From: Haliotis rufescens
Lineage: Eukaryota
Assembly (NCBI RefSeq): GCF_023055435.1
Contig: NW_025963824.1
Coordinates: 35,340,001-35,404,000 of the forward strand
Length of the DNA stretch: 64,000 bases
Reading direction: 5' to 3'
Positions 36,260 to 48,294 of the stretch are shown here, piece after piece. The position numbers and the translations under genes are program-made. The notes under the pieces were generated by a model. The model had not been told where the DNA came from. It ran no database searches and worked only from the letters and a program-made list of their open reading frames with translations. The first letter of the stretch is position 1; each line of letters opens with the position of its first letter.

Positions 36260-36478
36260 GGCGTCAAAACCCTATGATTGTGGGTTCGAATCCCGGTTCG
36301 CCCCAATTATGTTTCTAGGTTTGTCAGCACCATACCCGTGCTCACGGGTTTCACCGAAGTGGTAAACGTCTGAGATCTGCACTACTTCGGGCTTTCCTTC
36401 CACATTAAGCTGACACGCCGTGACATAACTGGAAAAGTGTTAAAAGCGGCGTTAAACCTAACTCACTCACTCACTCAC
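36245..36478 (+). mobile_element. SINE family D (V-SINE-like), near full length
   Basis: A-box tggcccagtcgtctaagg, B-box gggttcgaatccc, cttcgggctttccttccac, shared tail cgccgtgacataactgg...aaagcggcgttaaac, (CACT)n. Confidence 0.85.
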
Positions 36479-37372
36479 TTTTCTGAAGACGTTCTACAGA
36501 CAAATACCGATGCCAAAGAATAGAATAATCAAAGAGTATTTAAAGGATGCATAACGAATTCGACGGACGCGTAAATCTCACACACGCCATCACGAGTCAA
36601 TCTGAATCTGTCGTCATTTGCGAGAAAACAACATAGGACGCGACAAGCCGCGAAAAGCTATGCATTGGCAACGTTTGGCAGCTGTTTGTATTCATCGAAG
36701 GATCCGTAATCTTTCCACATGCTGAACTTCAAATTAAGTACTGGAGTCGATAGCAACAGGTCGCGCTTCGTGGCCAATCCGGGCTTTTAAATCGATTTGC
36801 TGTTAGACATGGATTTCCTTTCGCAATAAACCCTGATTGGTTAATTATTAGGGATAACCTTAATAGCGAGAATTCATTGGCTGATGCATTGAAATGTCAA
36901 ACTACACTGATGGGTGTAATCGTGGCACGTACCAGCACACTAGAAGCGAGTTGCACGGACTGCACGAGCTCCCGACACTGACAGCTCGACTTCCGGCTTG
37001 AAGATAGCTTAAGTACCAAAAATGGCTTGACGGATAAGCGAGACACCCCATAACGGGTCAGGGCTTTGTTAGTTCCATATGTCAAATTGGCTATTGTGAG
37101 AACGGTGGAAATAGTGCGCTTGATTAAATCCACGCTACAATCTGTCAACGGCCAAATTACCTTTGAATGGAGAGACCGCCCCATTAATTCGTATCTTCCG
37201 TGCTGACTATTGAATGGCTAAAAGTGCTGAACAGTCAATCGGACACACATAGCCAGTGTGTGGGTAGTTGTTATGGCGCGAAATACAAAGTTATGAATTA
37301 ATGTAATAGTGGTATATATTTACTGTTTGATTAAACGTTTCAGCTACAAATGCATGATGAAATATTCTATTA

Positions 37373-37742
37373 GTTTGGTTTTGTGTGCTGTTTAAGCCGC
37401 ACTCAATAGTCCAGCTTTATGACGATAGAGATCCGGGTAGAAAAGAATAGGTCTTCAGCAACCCACGCTTGCCGTAAAAGGCGACTATGCTTGTCGTAAG
37501 AGGCGACTAACGGGATCGGGTGGTCTGGTCCAGACTCGATTATTTACAGACCACCGTCATTTAGCTGCAATATTGCTGAGTGCAAATAACAAACAAACAA
37601 ACAAGACGACGACCTGTAAATAATCCAGTATGAACCAGACCAAGCAGTTGTTGAGACCTCGGGGTACGATAACAGGCTCTCAACCAAGTCACTGAACCAA
37701 ACCACTCAATTAAGTTCAGTCCTCTTTTCCGACAAACATCGG
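37373..37742 (-). mobile_element. Old family C copy split by an inverted younger C insertion
   Basis: Tail at 37373-37425, body resumes at 37604 (cctgtaaataatccagtatgaaccagac...tcaaccaagtca). Confidence 0.65.
37427..37603 (+). mobile_element. Family C copy with duplicated hairpin and internal deletion
   Basis: agatccgggtag..aataggtcttcagcaaccc, gcttgccgtaaaaggcgacta + gcttgtcgtaagaggcgactaacgggatcggg, (AAAC)n tail. Confidence 0.88.
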
Positions 37743-37892
37743 GGGCGGGGCTGCGGTGGGGTGGGGTGGGATGGGGTGGGGTGCTGTAACATCCTTTGGT
37801 GGTGGCTTTGATTTGATTGTGATTTTTTTTATCGGAGCTACAAGTGGTTATATATGAATGTTAATAGAACATTATGAATATCTCACATTTAA

Positions 37893-38148
37893 GGGAGCAA
37901 CCATTTTATTTCCATACGCATGATGCTACGGGATTTTGGTTGGTAAGAGGCTTTTGGTGATTTCAATTATGTTTTCAACATAAACAGCTGTTCAGTTATT
38001 TTTTGGCATAACTAGAAATAACGAACTGTGTTATTTGGACACTGCCCGAACACTGCACATTAATTTCTTTCCTACAATGTAAGCTATAGAAGGGGCTTCA
38101 ATTTTTTTTTTCAATTCCAAATCCCCCCGAAAATCAATGGTTGCTACC
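37893..38148. mobile_element. Candidate MITE with terminal inverted repeats
   Basis: Left ttaa|gggagcaaccattttatttc; right gaaaatcaatggttgctacc (reverse complement ggtagcaaccattgattttc); TTAA on the left side only. Confidence 0.45.
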
Positions 38149-39539
38149 AAAATACTATAAAACATATGAAATATACGACAACGTACGGGCCTTGACAGCC
38201 CTACCAATTGAGCACGCCTTTGTAGTCCGCGAAATTGAAGCTACCGCGAAGAAACTCATTTTCAAGGAGATGATTCTTACTTCTCGTCACCAAAAGTGGC
38301 AAACCTTAAATTGGGATTTTAATCCCATTTCAATTAGCTCGAACGTCCAGTAATTAAGTAACTTTTGAAACTTTTATTCTGGGAGAATTTAAAATGGGCT
38401 ACGCGAACGTTTCAAATGAAGGGGTCTGTTTTTTTTTCCAATCTGAGACGTGAGGCTTTGGGCTGAGGGCCTGCCTTTAAGAAATTTGAAACGCAATGCG
38501 ACCTTACTCAATCAACCGGAGAGTGGGGAGCCATATTCGATAAGAGGAGATGTCTAAATTAAAAATAAACATCGCAGAGGGCAGTTGGGATATCTACATT
38601 GCACCATCTCTTGGACGCTCGCTTGGGGATATTTAAAGTGGACAACGAAGACCGAAAATTTCCCTTGACCAAACAAAGGGGATCGACTTGCCTAGACACT
38701 TATAAGATCAAATTTCGGGGGCTTTTCATTGTGTGTTTGATTGGGTGACCAAAATAAGAATACGGTCCATGCGTTATCGAGCCTGAGTTCGATTTCAGAG
38801 GCTGTGTTCATCGATTTGGTGGTTGTCTGTTTATTCTGAACATTGAAGACGGTCCGCAGTCGATGGCAGATAGAACTCGCTGCAAGAACAAGGCTTGGGA
38901 TGTATTGTAAATCAATAGCGCGATCAGTCCTCACGTTGTAATTCTGAAAAACGGAGTTTTGGCAAGCGAAAAAAACCGATGTCCACCTCTTGAGGTATTT
39001 CAATGATGACGGAGGCATTGGAACGAAATGAAATTCTTCATGGAATTGTGGAAAATCAACATTTATCTTTGGAGAATGTTGTCGTTCCCGTGGCTGGCCT
39101 GCCTTCGATTGTTTGGACTTGGATATCAGCTCCTCAACCGACGGCCAATGAACATCTCACTCATCTCAAGCAGACCAGATTCCCATACATATTTAAGAGT
39201 ACATGTTGGACGAAAAGCATAAATATGTGTATGGGTTATTCTTATCGAATTCCACCGATGGTTGCCTTTGATGTGCGTTTTCTTTGTAGCGATTTTACCA
39301 TATCTTAATTTGAATTTCCGAACGTTTTAAATTAAATAATGCATAAGAGGCAAAAACGATCCAATTTGGAATGACATGGGCAATCTCATAGTGTGGAAAG
39401 AAATTAAACCTGTTCAAGTGCCCAATTTACATAAGTCAATATTTCCTGCAAAACAGATTTCATAGTGTTCTTGAAAAAGGAAGGGGTTTAGGCATGGTGA
39501 CGTCATGGCTAGCTGCCCGTGATACTGTCTGTCCTCATG

Positions 39540-39623
39540 AGGGGGTGGGGTGGGGGGTCGGGAAGGGGGTGTGGGGGGTTGGAGGGGTGGGGGGGGGGGG
39601 TGGGGGGGTGGGGGGGGGGGGGG
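39540..39623. repeat. Poly-G-rich tract (G-quadruplex potential)
   Basis: Multiple G runs of 4-14 nt abutting a family C tail. Confidence 0.85.
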
Positions 39624-39626
39624 AGT

Positions 39627-39846
39627 AGTTTGTTTGTTGTTTAACGCCGCACTCAGCAATATTCCAGCTATATGTCCGCGGTCTGTTAATAATCGAGTTG
39701 GGGACCAAACACTCCAGTGATTGACATCATGAGCATCGATCCACGCAATCCCAAGTCATCGTGTCTGACCACCCGATCCCGTTAGTCGGCTCTCACTACA
39801 GGCATGGGTTGCTGAAGACCTATTGTAACCCGGATCTTCACGGGTC
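39627..39846 (-). mobile_element. Family C, near full length with structured 5' head
   Basis: Reverse strand starts gacccgtgaagatccgggttacaataggtcttcagcaacccatgc...cgactaacgggatcggg; ends gcggcgttaaac(aaac)n. Confidence 0.88.
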
Positions 39847-39917
39847 TTCAGTGATATACTCAGAGACATTGTTAAAGGGTCATATTGTGGGTGTCAAACA
39901 TGAACATATGCCAACAA

Positions 39918-40035
39918 GTGAGTGAGTTGTGTTTAATGCCGCTTTTAACAGTAGTCCAGTTATATCACGGCGTGTTAGCTTAATGTGGGAGGAAATCCCG
40001 AAGTGATGCAGGTCTCAGACGTTTACCACTTCGAT
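39918..40035 (-). mobile_element. SINE family D, 3' part
   Basis: tcacggcgtgttagcttaatgtgggaggaaatcccgaagtgatgcaggtctcagacgtttaccacttcg. Confidence 0.8.
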
Positions 40036-40374
40036 AAAATCCAACAAGCGTCAATAGGTCTGAGTATGTTGACAACGTGATAAACAGTTTTCGAACATGT
40101 TGTTTATGCCTATGGTACGCTAACTGGATGCTTTAAACTGGAAAGGTGGACAACATTTAAAAACAATGAAAACCGCAAGATTCAAGGGGCTGGACACAAC
40201 TACCCGAAACATGCGTCTGAACGCAAGCAGTGGTTCACCCCCTGCAAGTGTAAAACACGACAAGTAACAGTAAACGTGGGTAAAACAATATTCATTCCAC
40301 ATGCAACTGATCTGCTCTCTTGGAAGCTGGACGTGCGACGTTTTGTTTTGTTATCTGCGTGACCCCTCATAATG

Positions 40375-40618
40375 ACTCATGATGTCAATCCCTGGATTGT
40401 CTGGTCCAAATTCGATTATTTACAGACCGCCGTCATATAGCTGGAATATTGCGGAGTGCAGCGTTAAACAAAATAAACACACAATGACGCTGTGTTTATA
40501 TATAGGATTGTAGACAATTGGGATATGAAAGAGTGAGTGAGTGAATGAATGAATTGCGTGGATCGATGCTCATGATGCTAATCACTGGATTGTCTGGTTC
40601 AGACTCGATTATGAACAG
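40375..40618 (+). mobile_element. Two family C fragments
   Basis: ctggattgtctggtccaaattcgattatttacagaccgccgtcatatagctggaatattgc; second fragment 40550-40618. Confidence 0.75.
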
Positions 40619-41759
40619 TCATGCGTGCTTGTTGTGCGATTGTTTTCCTAAAGCTGATTTACAAGAAGTTTAGACAGATTTTACGGTTATATGATAAACA
40701 ACAAGTTTATCAAATAAATACGTCAGTAAATGCAATCTGCAGAAAGATATAGTACTGTTTGACTGTCGTAGATTCGTATTGCATGTCAAAACCTGCCTTG
40801 GCTAAAATTAAAATTATTAACCTTAAGATTAACCGATTTTCCGATATTAATGTTTATGACCTCGAAAGAAACTATACCATTTTATCTCAACTCCGTGTGC
40901 AATTTTAGTTTTAAAACCTACGTACGTATGTTACACGCACAGTAGATGCCATTACAAGATTAATGACTGCAATGAGCACCAGACCCGACGTGATTGACAG
41001 TTATGTACAAGGTGGCTGACATCTTGCAGATGGGGTAGGGATGTATAAGGCGACACACACGATGGACAAAGATAGCAGAAGCGAAAGGCGGTTGCAGACA
41101 TCTCCCGACGATTCCGTTGTCAATCAAAACCTTCACTCTCCGATCTTATGAAGCGTTATTGGGTTTTAAAAGCGGTCCCCACAAAACATGTGTCAAAGCT
41201 ACACGTCATGAATACGAGAGAACCGTTTCTAATCTGAACCCCCAACTTGTTACTCAGCCTCTTATTTCAAGGCTTACCAACTAAACGCTCTACAGGGAGT
41301 CCAAATATGTCATTTCGTTCAGAGAAGGCGCACGCCTGTCCATTATGACAAGGACATAATTCATAAATCAATATCTAAAATTGAAGTGATATTGCAAAAT
41401 GTATGACGGCCGGCGCAGCTATTATTTTATAAATAGCGTGTTTCTTCAACAATCCACTTAGGAATAATGATTACGAAACATTTGATAAAGTAAAAAAATC
41501 CAATGCTATTACTGTTCAATCTTCTGTTTAAATCATGTGCAGAGTTTTAAGACATATCTCAACAAGCAGGTAAGCTTCACAACATGTTTTCGTGACTTGG
41601 CCGAAATAGATTCAATATTGAACAATTAGCATATATTTTTAAGTTTTCATCAGCAGAATATTCAATAACGAATTTCGCTCTCTGTGTCCTTGGCAATATG
41701 TCGCTGGTTTGGAACGTCAACGGCAAACCCTGATTTGTGACCTGATTTACAGGTTAAAG

Positions 41760-41980
41760 TTGGTTAATCCTGACGCCGCACTCAGCAATAATCCAGCTAT
41801 ATGACAGCGCCCTGTGTATAATGTTTTCGGGACAAGACTATCAAGTGATTGCATCGATCGTGGCAATTGAGATGACATAAATCAACCACGTCAGCGGGCC
41901 TGACCACCCGATCCCGTTAGTCGCCTCCTACGACAACCATGGGTTGCTGAAGGCCTATTCTACCCCGAATCTTCGCGGAT
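41760..41980 (-). mobile_element. Family C, near full length
   Basis: cccgatcccgttagtcgcctcctacgacaaccatgggttgctgaaggcctattctaccccgaatcttcgcgg. Confidence 0.85.
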
Positions 41981-42154
41981 GAAAAGTCATATGTATATGC
42001 GTGCAGAATGTACATATATTGGACTAAATACGCAACTATAAGCTAAAATGCTGGGACGCTTATGAGCTAAATCACGAATCTAACTAAATATGAATCACGA
42101 TTAATTAAACAACGCTATCGACATGAACAAATATGAAAGATGTCGATTGATGAT

Positions 42155-42392
42155 TTATTTGTTGTTTAAGGCCGCAATCAGCAATATTTCAGCTATATGA
42201 CGGCGGCCTGTAAATAATCGAGTCTGAACCAGACAAGCCAGTGATTGACATCATGAGCAACGATCTTCGCAACTGGGAAACGATGACATGCATCTGCCAA
42301 GTCAGGGAGCATGACCACCCGCTTCCGTTAGTCGTGTCTTACGGCAATCAAGGGGTTCAGAAGATCTTTTCTGACCCGGATATTCACGGGTC
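42155..42392 (-). mobile_element. Family C, full length, diverged head
   Basis: Colinear with 61821-62076. Confidence 0.85.
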
Positions 42393-43009
42393 TATCGACT
42401 GATGAGGTCACATGAACTACGTCATCACGGACAAATAGGCCCAACCCTTACAATTAAAACCCTTAAAAATACTTTTGGGCTGACTAAATTCTGATCCTCT
42501 TCCGCATTTTCAGAATCTGTTCAGAGTTTTTTATGTAACCAGTTCTCACGCCACGCATTGCCGTTCGTGATTGTGCAGACCAGGAACTTCTCTACAATAT
42601 TGTCATTCTGTACAATATTAAAGTAAGGTTGGAGTAGTTGGTGAAGCAATGTAAATATTTGTTTTAAACTTACAACCCTTGTGTAAAGTTATGATAAACA
42701 GGAATTCGTTTCTCCGTGGCCAGCAGCATACCGACATCCACAGTGTCATAGTGATAGACGCGGTGCAGACTGCATGTTGAAGAGGGTGATTATCGGGATG
42801 GCACTTGGGATTCAGATGACGAAGAGGCAGTGACGACCACGATGATATCTCCACTAACGGTGATGTAGCATCTGCGCACACATCTCCACTGACCTTCTCC
42901 CACATCCCGTGCGTGCCCACTAACAGAGGAAGCCCGACATCCGTCGGTTTTAACAGGTTCTAATTTTCGACCCTCCATGTTCAAGAGACTGGTGATTGTA
43001 CAAGCTGCT

Positions 43010-43177
43010 GAGTGAGTGAGTGAGTTTGGTTTTACGCCGCTTTTAGCAATATTCCAGCAATAATACGGCGGGGGACACCAGAAATGGGCTTCACACATTG
43101 TACCCATGTCGGGAATCGAACCCGGGTCTTCGGCGTGACGAGCGAACGCTTTAACCACTAGGCTACCCGACCGCCCC
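43010..43177 (-). mobile_element. SINE family A, full length, 13-bp TSD
   Basis: TSD acaagctgctgag at 43000-43012 and 43178-43190; about 3 differences from the 23061 copy outside the tail. Confidence 0.95.
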
Positions 43178-45617
43178 ACAAGCTGCTGAGGTGCACCGAT
43201 GACATACATTAGTTTTATGAAATATACATTCCATGAATTGTAATTACAACGATGGTTTTGAGATTGATGATGATTATCATGATTATCATTACATAACGGT
43301 GTCGTTTGTGTCGTGGTGGATGCAGTATTATCGTGGTTATTGTTGCTGCAAACGGCGGCGCATCTTCCTGAGGCAAGGGTGTCTACTAGTCTGCGTGGAA
43401 ACTACTCGACACTTCACGCAGTCTTCACGCAGACTCCCATATATTCTCGGTGCCTTAGGTTTGGTACCTCCCAATCTGTTGACTGCCATTGGGAGAGTAC
43501 CCGGGTTTGCTACCAGGAATACAGCCCTGCTGACAATCTGGGTAATTTACAGTTTAAATTTTAAAAATGCAACAAAGAGGGTTTGGGTGATCCTTGCTTA
43601 TCATTATTATTATCATTTTTTTCATAATAACACAATATGAAGAACTAGTGTCCAGACTTGGCGCTGATGGCGGAATTTCGAGTGTCCCTGTTTTCGTCGA
43701 CTGATTCATGTTGTCCTCTCTCCCGGCTCTTCCCAGCAGCGTGAAGCCGATGCACTTAGTCAATATCGATAGGAAAAGAAGCTAAAGGCGAACAAGTTAG
43801 GAAACATGTCTCGTCAATCAATTGCCACAAAGCATCATAATTCACGAATTCATTCGTAAGACGTTGACAAATCCGGAAAAGGTCAAATGTCACCACAATC
43901 CGGTCTGCAAGGGAGGCTTTATTGTGGACAAATATCGGCCTTGTGTGAAATGATTCTCCCTCGACACTGGCCATTATGACAACAGTTGGCGACGCGTGCC
44001 CCTTAATTACATTGCCTCGTCGGACACATGGAAATACGCCATTGGACAACGTGATTCTAAAGTGGCCGATAACTTTATCACTGGCTATTTAATTCTTTGA
44101 ATGAAAACTGTCAGCGAGAGGAGGCTCGATTTAGTGAGATGAATGGATGGTCGATAAAGTGAGACACCGGAGCTACAAGCAAGAAACGGTTGTCAATCAT
44201 ACGATAGTCTAAACCAGTCGATAAACTAACAGACATGAACATACGTATGACATATTGGACCCTTCCTCCACACGATACACCCTTTTTGAGGATTGACGTA
44301 AACATTATTTTGCCATTTGAGAAGATGTTATTTGTAAGAAATGTCGTTAAACAGACTAATATGTGAGTATTAAGTTATTTAGATATAAAAAAAATAAATT
44401 ATTGTTCAATGTAACATCGAAAAACACATAACATATATTGAATGATTTTGAAATGAATAAAGTGATTAGAATAATAGTCAAGTACCGATTTCATCCCCAA
44501 GACAGAATCTTCGAGAACTCAGCATCCGCCGCCATCTCATAGAAGCGGTACATGTTGATGAACTTATTCAAAGATAAAATCGTTCGCCCAAATTCCGAAG
44601 TCTCCCCCTGGTGATGGTTAGCCGTCATACATCAAACAATGGACGACGTTTGCTTGTTTGACGTCTATGATCAAACTGAGGCTTGATTTAGGTCAAACAA
44701 GTCTTCCCGATCACTCGCAGGGTTTGAAAGTTCATACAATGGCTCCCGCAAAATATAAGTCTGCGTTTGTAGTCATTCAGCTTAAACGCATACATTGACG
44801 GCTTGTTGTGAACGTGTTCAAAGGGGCTCCTATTTGTCGGGCAAAGGGCACACTGCTTTTTTCGTCTTTGCACGGAAAACACAGTCGGAATCTGAGTGTC
44901 ATGACCCCACCATAGAAGATGCCGGTGGCTAATTTTCTTTCATTCCTTATCAGGATTCGCAGTAGAAATCAGACAAATTGCCGTACATAACAGGTCCCTT
45001 TGAGCGACTCCTACTGTCATTTCCACATGTGTAATTACGGAAAAGTATAGGTCGAACTCTTGATTACACGCCACGCTGTAAGGAGATTGAAGCTTTTATG
45101 AAAATCTAATACCGAGAAAGGTCTTGCAGGGAGCTTTGCTGGCCGTCCTTTGTAAGGTTATTTTAGACGGTAATTCCATCTATCAACTTTTTTTCACGAG
45201 CTACTAGTTGATATAAGGCCTCTAAGCTGTATTATGATTGGAAATGCCATCAAAGATATTAAAAATATATCTGGAAAATCGTTGTATAACTAGAAAAATT
45301 TAATTGGACTTCGTCTTGATTGAGCTGAACAAAGGTAAACGTGGGTATATGAATACGACTATAAGGCCAGTGACAGTGCTGATGTGAGGAGCACATGCTA
45401 CAAGTATGTGTGGTACTGACAGCAAGGGCAAGGTCATACTGAGTTCAGTTGAACCCTGGGACATGTGTTTTGACCTTGTGAAATGCATCATGTTGAGATG
45501 AGGAACAATACTGAGGTCGCCATAAAAAACGAAACTTAACAATGGTCAAATAAATCATTTTTATATTTTTAATAAATTGAACGACTCCGAAATACCCTCA
45601 ATTATTTTATCTCGTCT

Positions 45618-45700
45618 CATGGTGATGATATTGATGAAGATGACGAGGACGACGACGATGAAGATGATAACAACGATGATGATAATGGTGGTGGTATTGA

Positions 45701-45732
<32 letters not shown>

Positions 45733-45942
45733 ATGATGACAACGGTGGTGATGATGTTGGTGGTATTGATGCTGCTGCTGCTGATGATGATGATGATGAC
45801 AACGGTGGTGATGATGTTGGTGGTATTGATGATGTTGATGATGAAGATGAAAATACTGATAAGGATAATAATGGTGATAATGATGACATCGACGACGACG
45901 AAGACGATGATGTTGATGATGATCATGATGATGGGGATAATG
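45618..45942. repeat. (GAT)n/(GCT)n/(GGT)n trinucleotide low-complexity tract
   Basis: Includes a 60-bp internal duplication. Confidence 0.9.
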
Positions 45943-46521
45943 AAGGTGTTTCTTGACTTTTTCCAATTTTCTTTAATGTATTTTTTATTTGGTTCGTGTA
46001 TAATTGTTCAGGGAGAACTACGAATGGGATATCTGTAGTGACAGCTTCACTTTGGAGCACATATTAATGATAACATCCAACGGTATTTTCGACATTGACA
46101 ACTGAATGGAATGGTGGGTCATGTGACTGACACAACAGGTGGCACAGAGAGGTGAAGTGATGAGGCCATGGGTTCATCCGTGTGCTGTGTATTGACAAGG
46201 TCTTGGCAAATACGATGAAATCTAGGAGAGCTTGTCCCATTATCGTGTCCAATACTAGGACGACAAACGGCGAAATGCAATCGATGTTTGCACCAGAGTT
46301 CCTTGTACATACTCGTGATGCCATCATATTACTCGGTCATATTATTGTGCCGTCATAAGTCAATGCATACTTATGCATTCTGGAATAACATGTTGCAAAC
46401 AGCCTGCCTGTGCATTTTTTGTGGCATCATTATACAGTTTTCCGCTACTAATTGGCGTAATTGAATCATAATATGAATATGTTATATGCGAGTCGTGCAA
46501 AAACATATTTGCACTTCCTGC

Positions 46522-46912
46522 CTCAATCATATATCATGTATAACATGGCATGTCAATCATGTGTCATGTGTTACGAGTCAAACCAATCACGTCCCGCATG
46601 CAAACTCATGTTAATCATATATCATGTATAACATGGCATGAAAATCATATATCATGTATAACATGGCATGTCAATCATATATCATGCATAACATGGCATG
46701 TCAATCATATATCATGTGTAACATGGCATGACATTCCTATATCATGTATAACATGGCATGACAATCATATATCATGTATAACATGACATGTCAATCATAT
46801 ATTATGTATAACATGGCATGGCAATCATATGTCATGTATAGCATGGCATGACAATGGTATGTCATGTATAACATGGCATGACAATCATATATCACGCATA
46901 CCTGGACATGCA
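46522..46912. repeat. 30-bp tandem repeat (tcaatcatatatcatgtataacatggcatg)
   Basis: About 10 clear units. Confidence 0.9.
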
Positions 46913-47057
46913 AGCATTTATAATGCATTACAAGACATCACATTTATTGTCATGGATAAAAAAGATGTCAATCATAAAGTATGCATATGGGGTCATATCA
47001 ATCATTGATCTTGCATACAAAAACTTACCAAACATGTTCAGACAGCAATCATAGGGC

Positions 47058-47157
47058 ATGCATAACAAGGCACACCAAGCAGATATCATGCATAACAAGG
47101 CACACCAAGCAGATATCATGCATAGCAAGGCACACCAAGCAGATATCATGCATAACA
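47058..47157. repeat. 30-bp tandem repeat (catgcataacaaggcacaccaagcagatat), about 3 copies
   Basis: Direct inspection; related to the preceding array. Confidence 0.85.
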
Positions 47158-47703
47158 AATGTAATCACGTTTTTTTTATGATCAAATTTTAATCGATCGA
47201 AAAACATTCACAAAGCGTATCCCGTTAGGTTTTATAGATCGGCTTATCTTCGGGTCACTTACATAAGCAGGTGCGTATCGCTGACTCCCAGGGTCGAGAA
47301 GTAAACAGTTTCTACGCAATATTGGAGTCTCCCGTGCCGTAGTCGCTATTTTGCCAGTTGTAGAAGATGATGTAGTATGTTGCCGAGTCAGCTGCTTATA
47401 AAGCGACGTGTGTCTCCGAAGACAAAAGATCGGCGCCTTTGAAGTCTGGTTTCTCAGCGATGACGACTTTACAATGACTAAGTGGATGTCGGTATGGAAA
47501 GTGAAATCGACAACTGGGATATATGTGCTGAAATGTAATCTTCCTTAAAGCACCACGTCTTCGGCATTTTTCGTCCGTTAAATTAAAGCGACAAAACTAG
47601 TTCTAGTATCTAAAGAAATATCTAGTAAATGCACTGTCTGGTGTACGATTCCGACTACGTCATGAGCATGTGTTTATCAATCACCTTCAAACACTGACGA
47701 TAT

Positions 47704-47790
47704 CAGGTGTTCGCAAAAAGGTGAGTGTACCGGTTGCACCCGTCACAAACACATGCAAAGGCAAGTCAATTGTTTATCTGAAAAACAAGG
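47704..47790 (+). repeat. Second copy of the dispersed repeat at 1598
   Basis: caggtgttcgcaaaaagg...gtcacaaacacatgcaaaggcaagtcaattgtt. Confidence 0.6.
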
Positions 47791-48294
47791 TGTCATATTG
47801 TACAAGTCAAAATAGTGAATTGCGTCGGACACCCTGTTGGACACTGATGCATCACATTTGGAAATGTTCACCACATGTTCACTAAAAAACTTTTTAAAAA
47901 CTTCACTGGGGTCGTTAAGAAAGGAACACAGGTGCATTTGTACAGAAATATACATCTTTGTACAAGAACCATATCTTTCATTCATAAAGAAACTAACAAA
48001 ATCGAAAACAGATACATTTGCACCAAAATCCACATCTTCGTAAAGCTTAGTCGTGAAACACTTCCATGTATATCGATTGAGATTTGCCTAGACCATGATA
48101 TTCCTTTGTTCAAGTTCATGCATATCGATCACTGTATTTTACATATAATATATATCGATCTATGGAAAACTGACGATCGACAAAGAGATGCTCTGATAAT
48201 GTTACAAAAAGGTTTCATAATAACAGAGATATATTTACACGTCGACTTGATGACCTGATTAGACTAAATCACATGTGATACGAGATGTTCTCGG

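Noticed and set aside
42674-42960. Possible minus-strand exon ending at a GTAAGT donor
   Set aside because: No recognisable peptide or convincing acceptor; cannot be supported without transcripts
45561-46038. Poly-His/Met/Ile/Ser ORFs (also 53106-53393)
   Set aside because: Trinucleotide microsatellite translations
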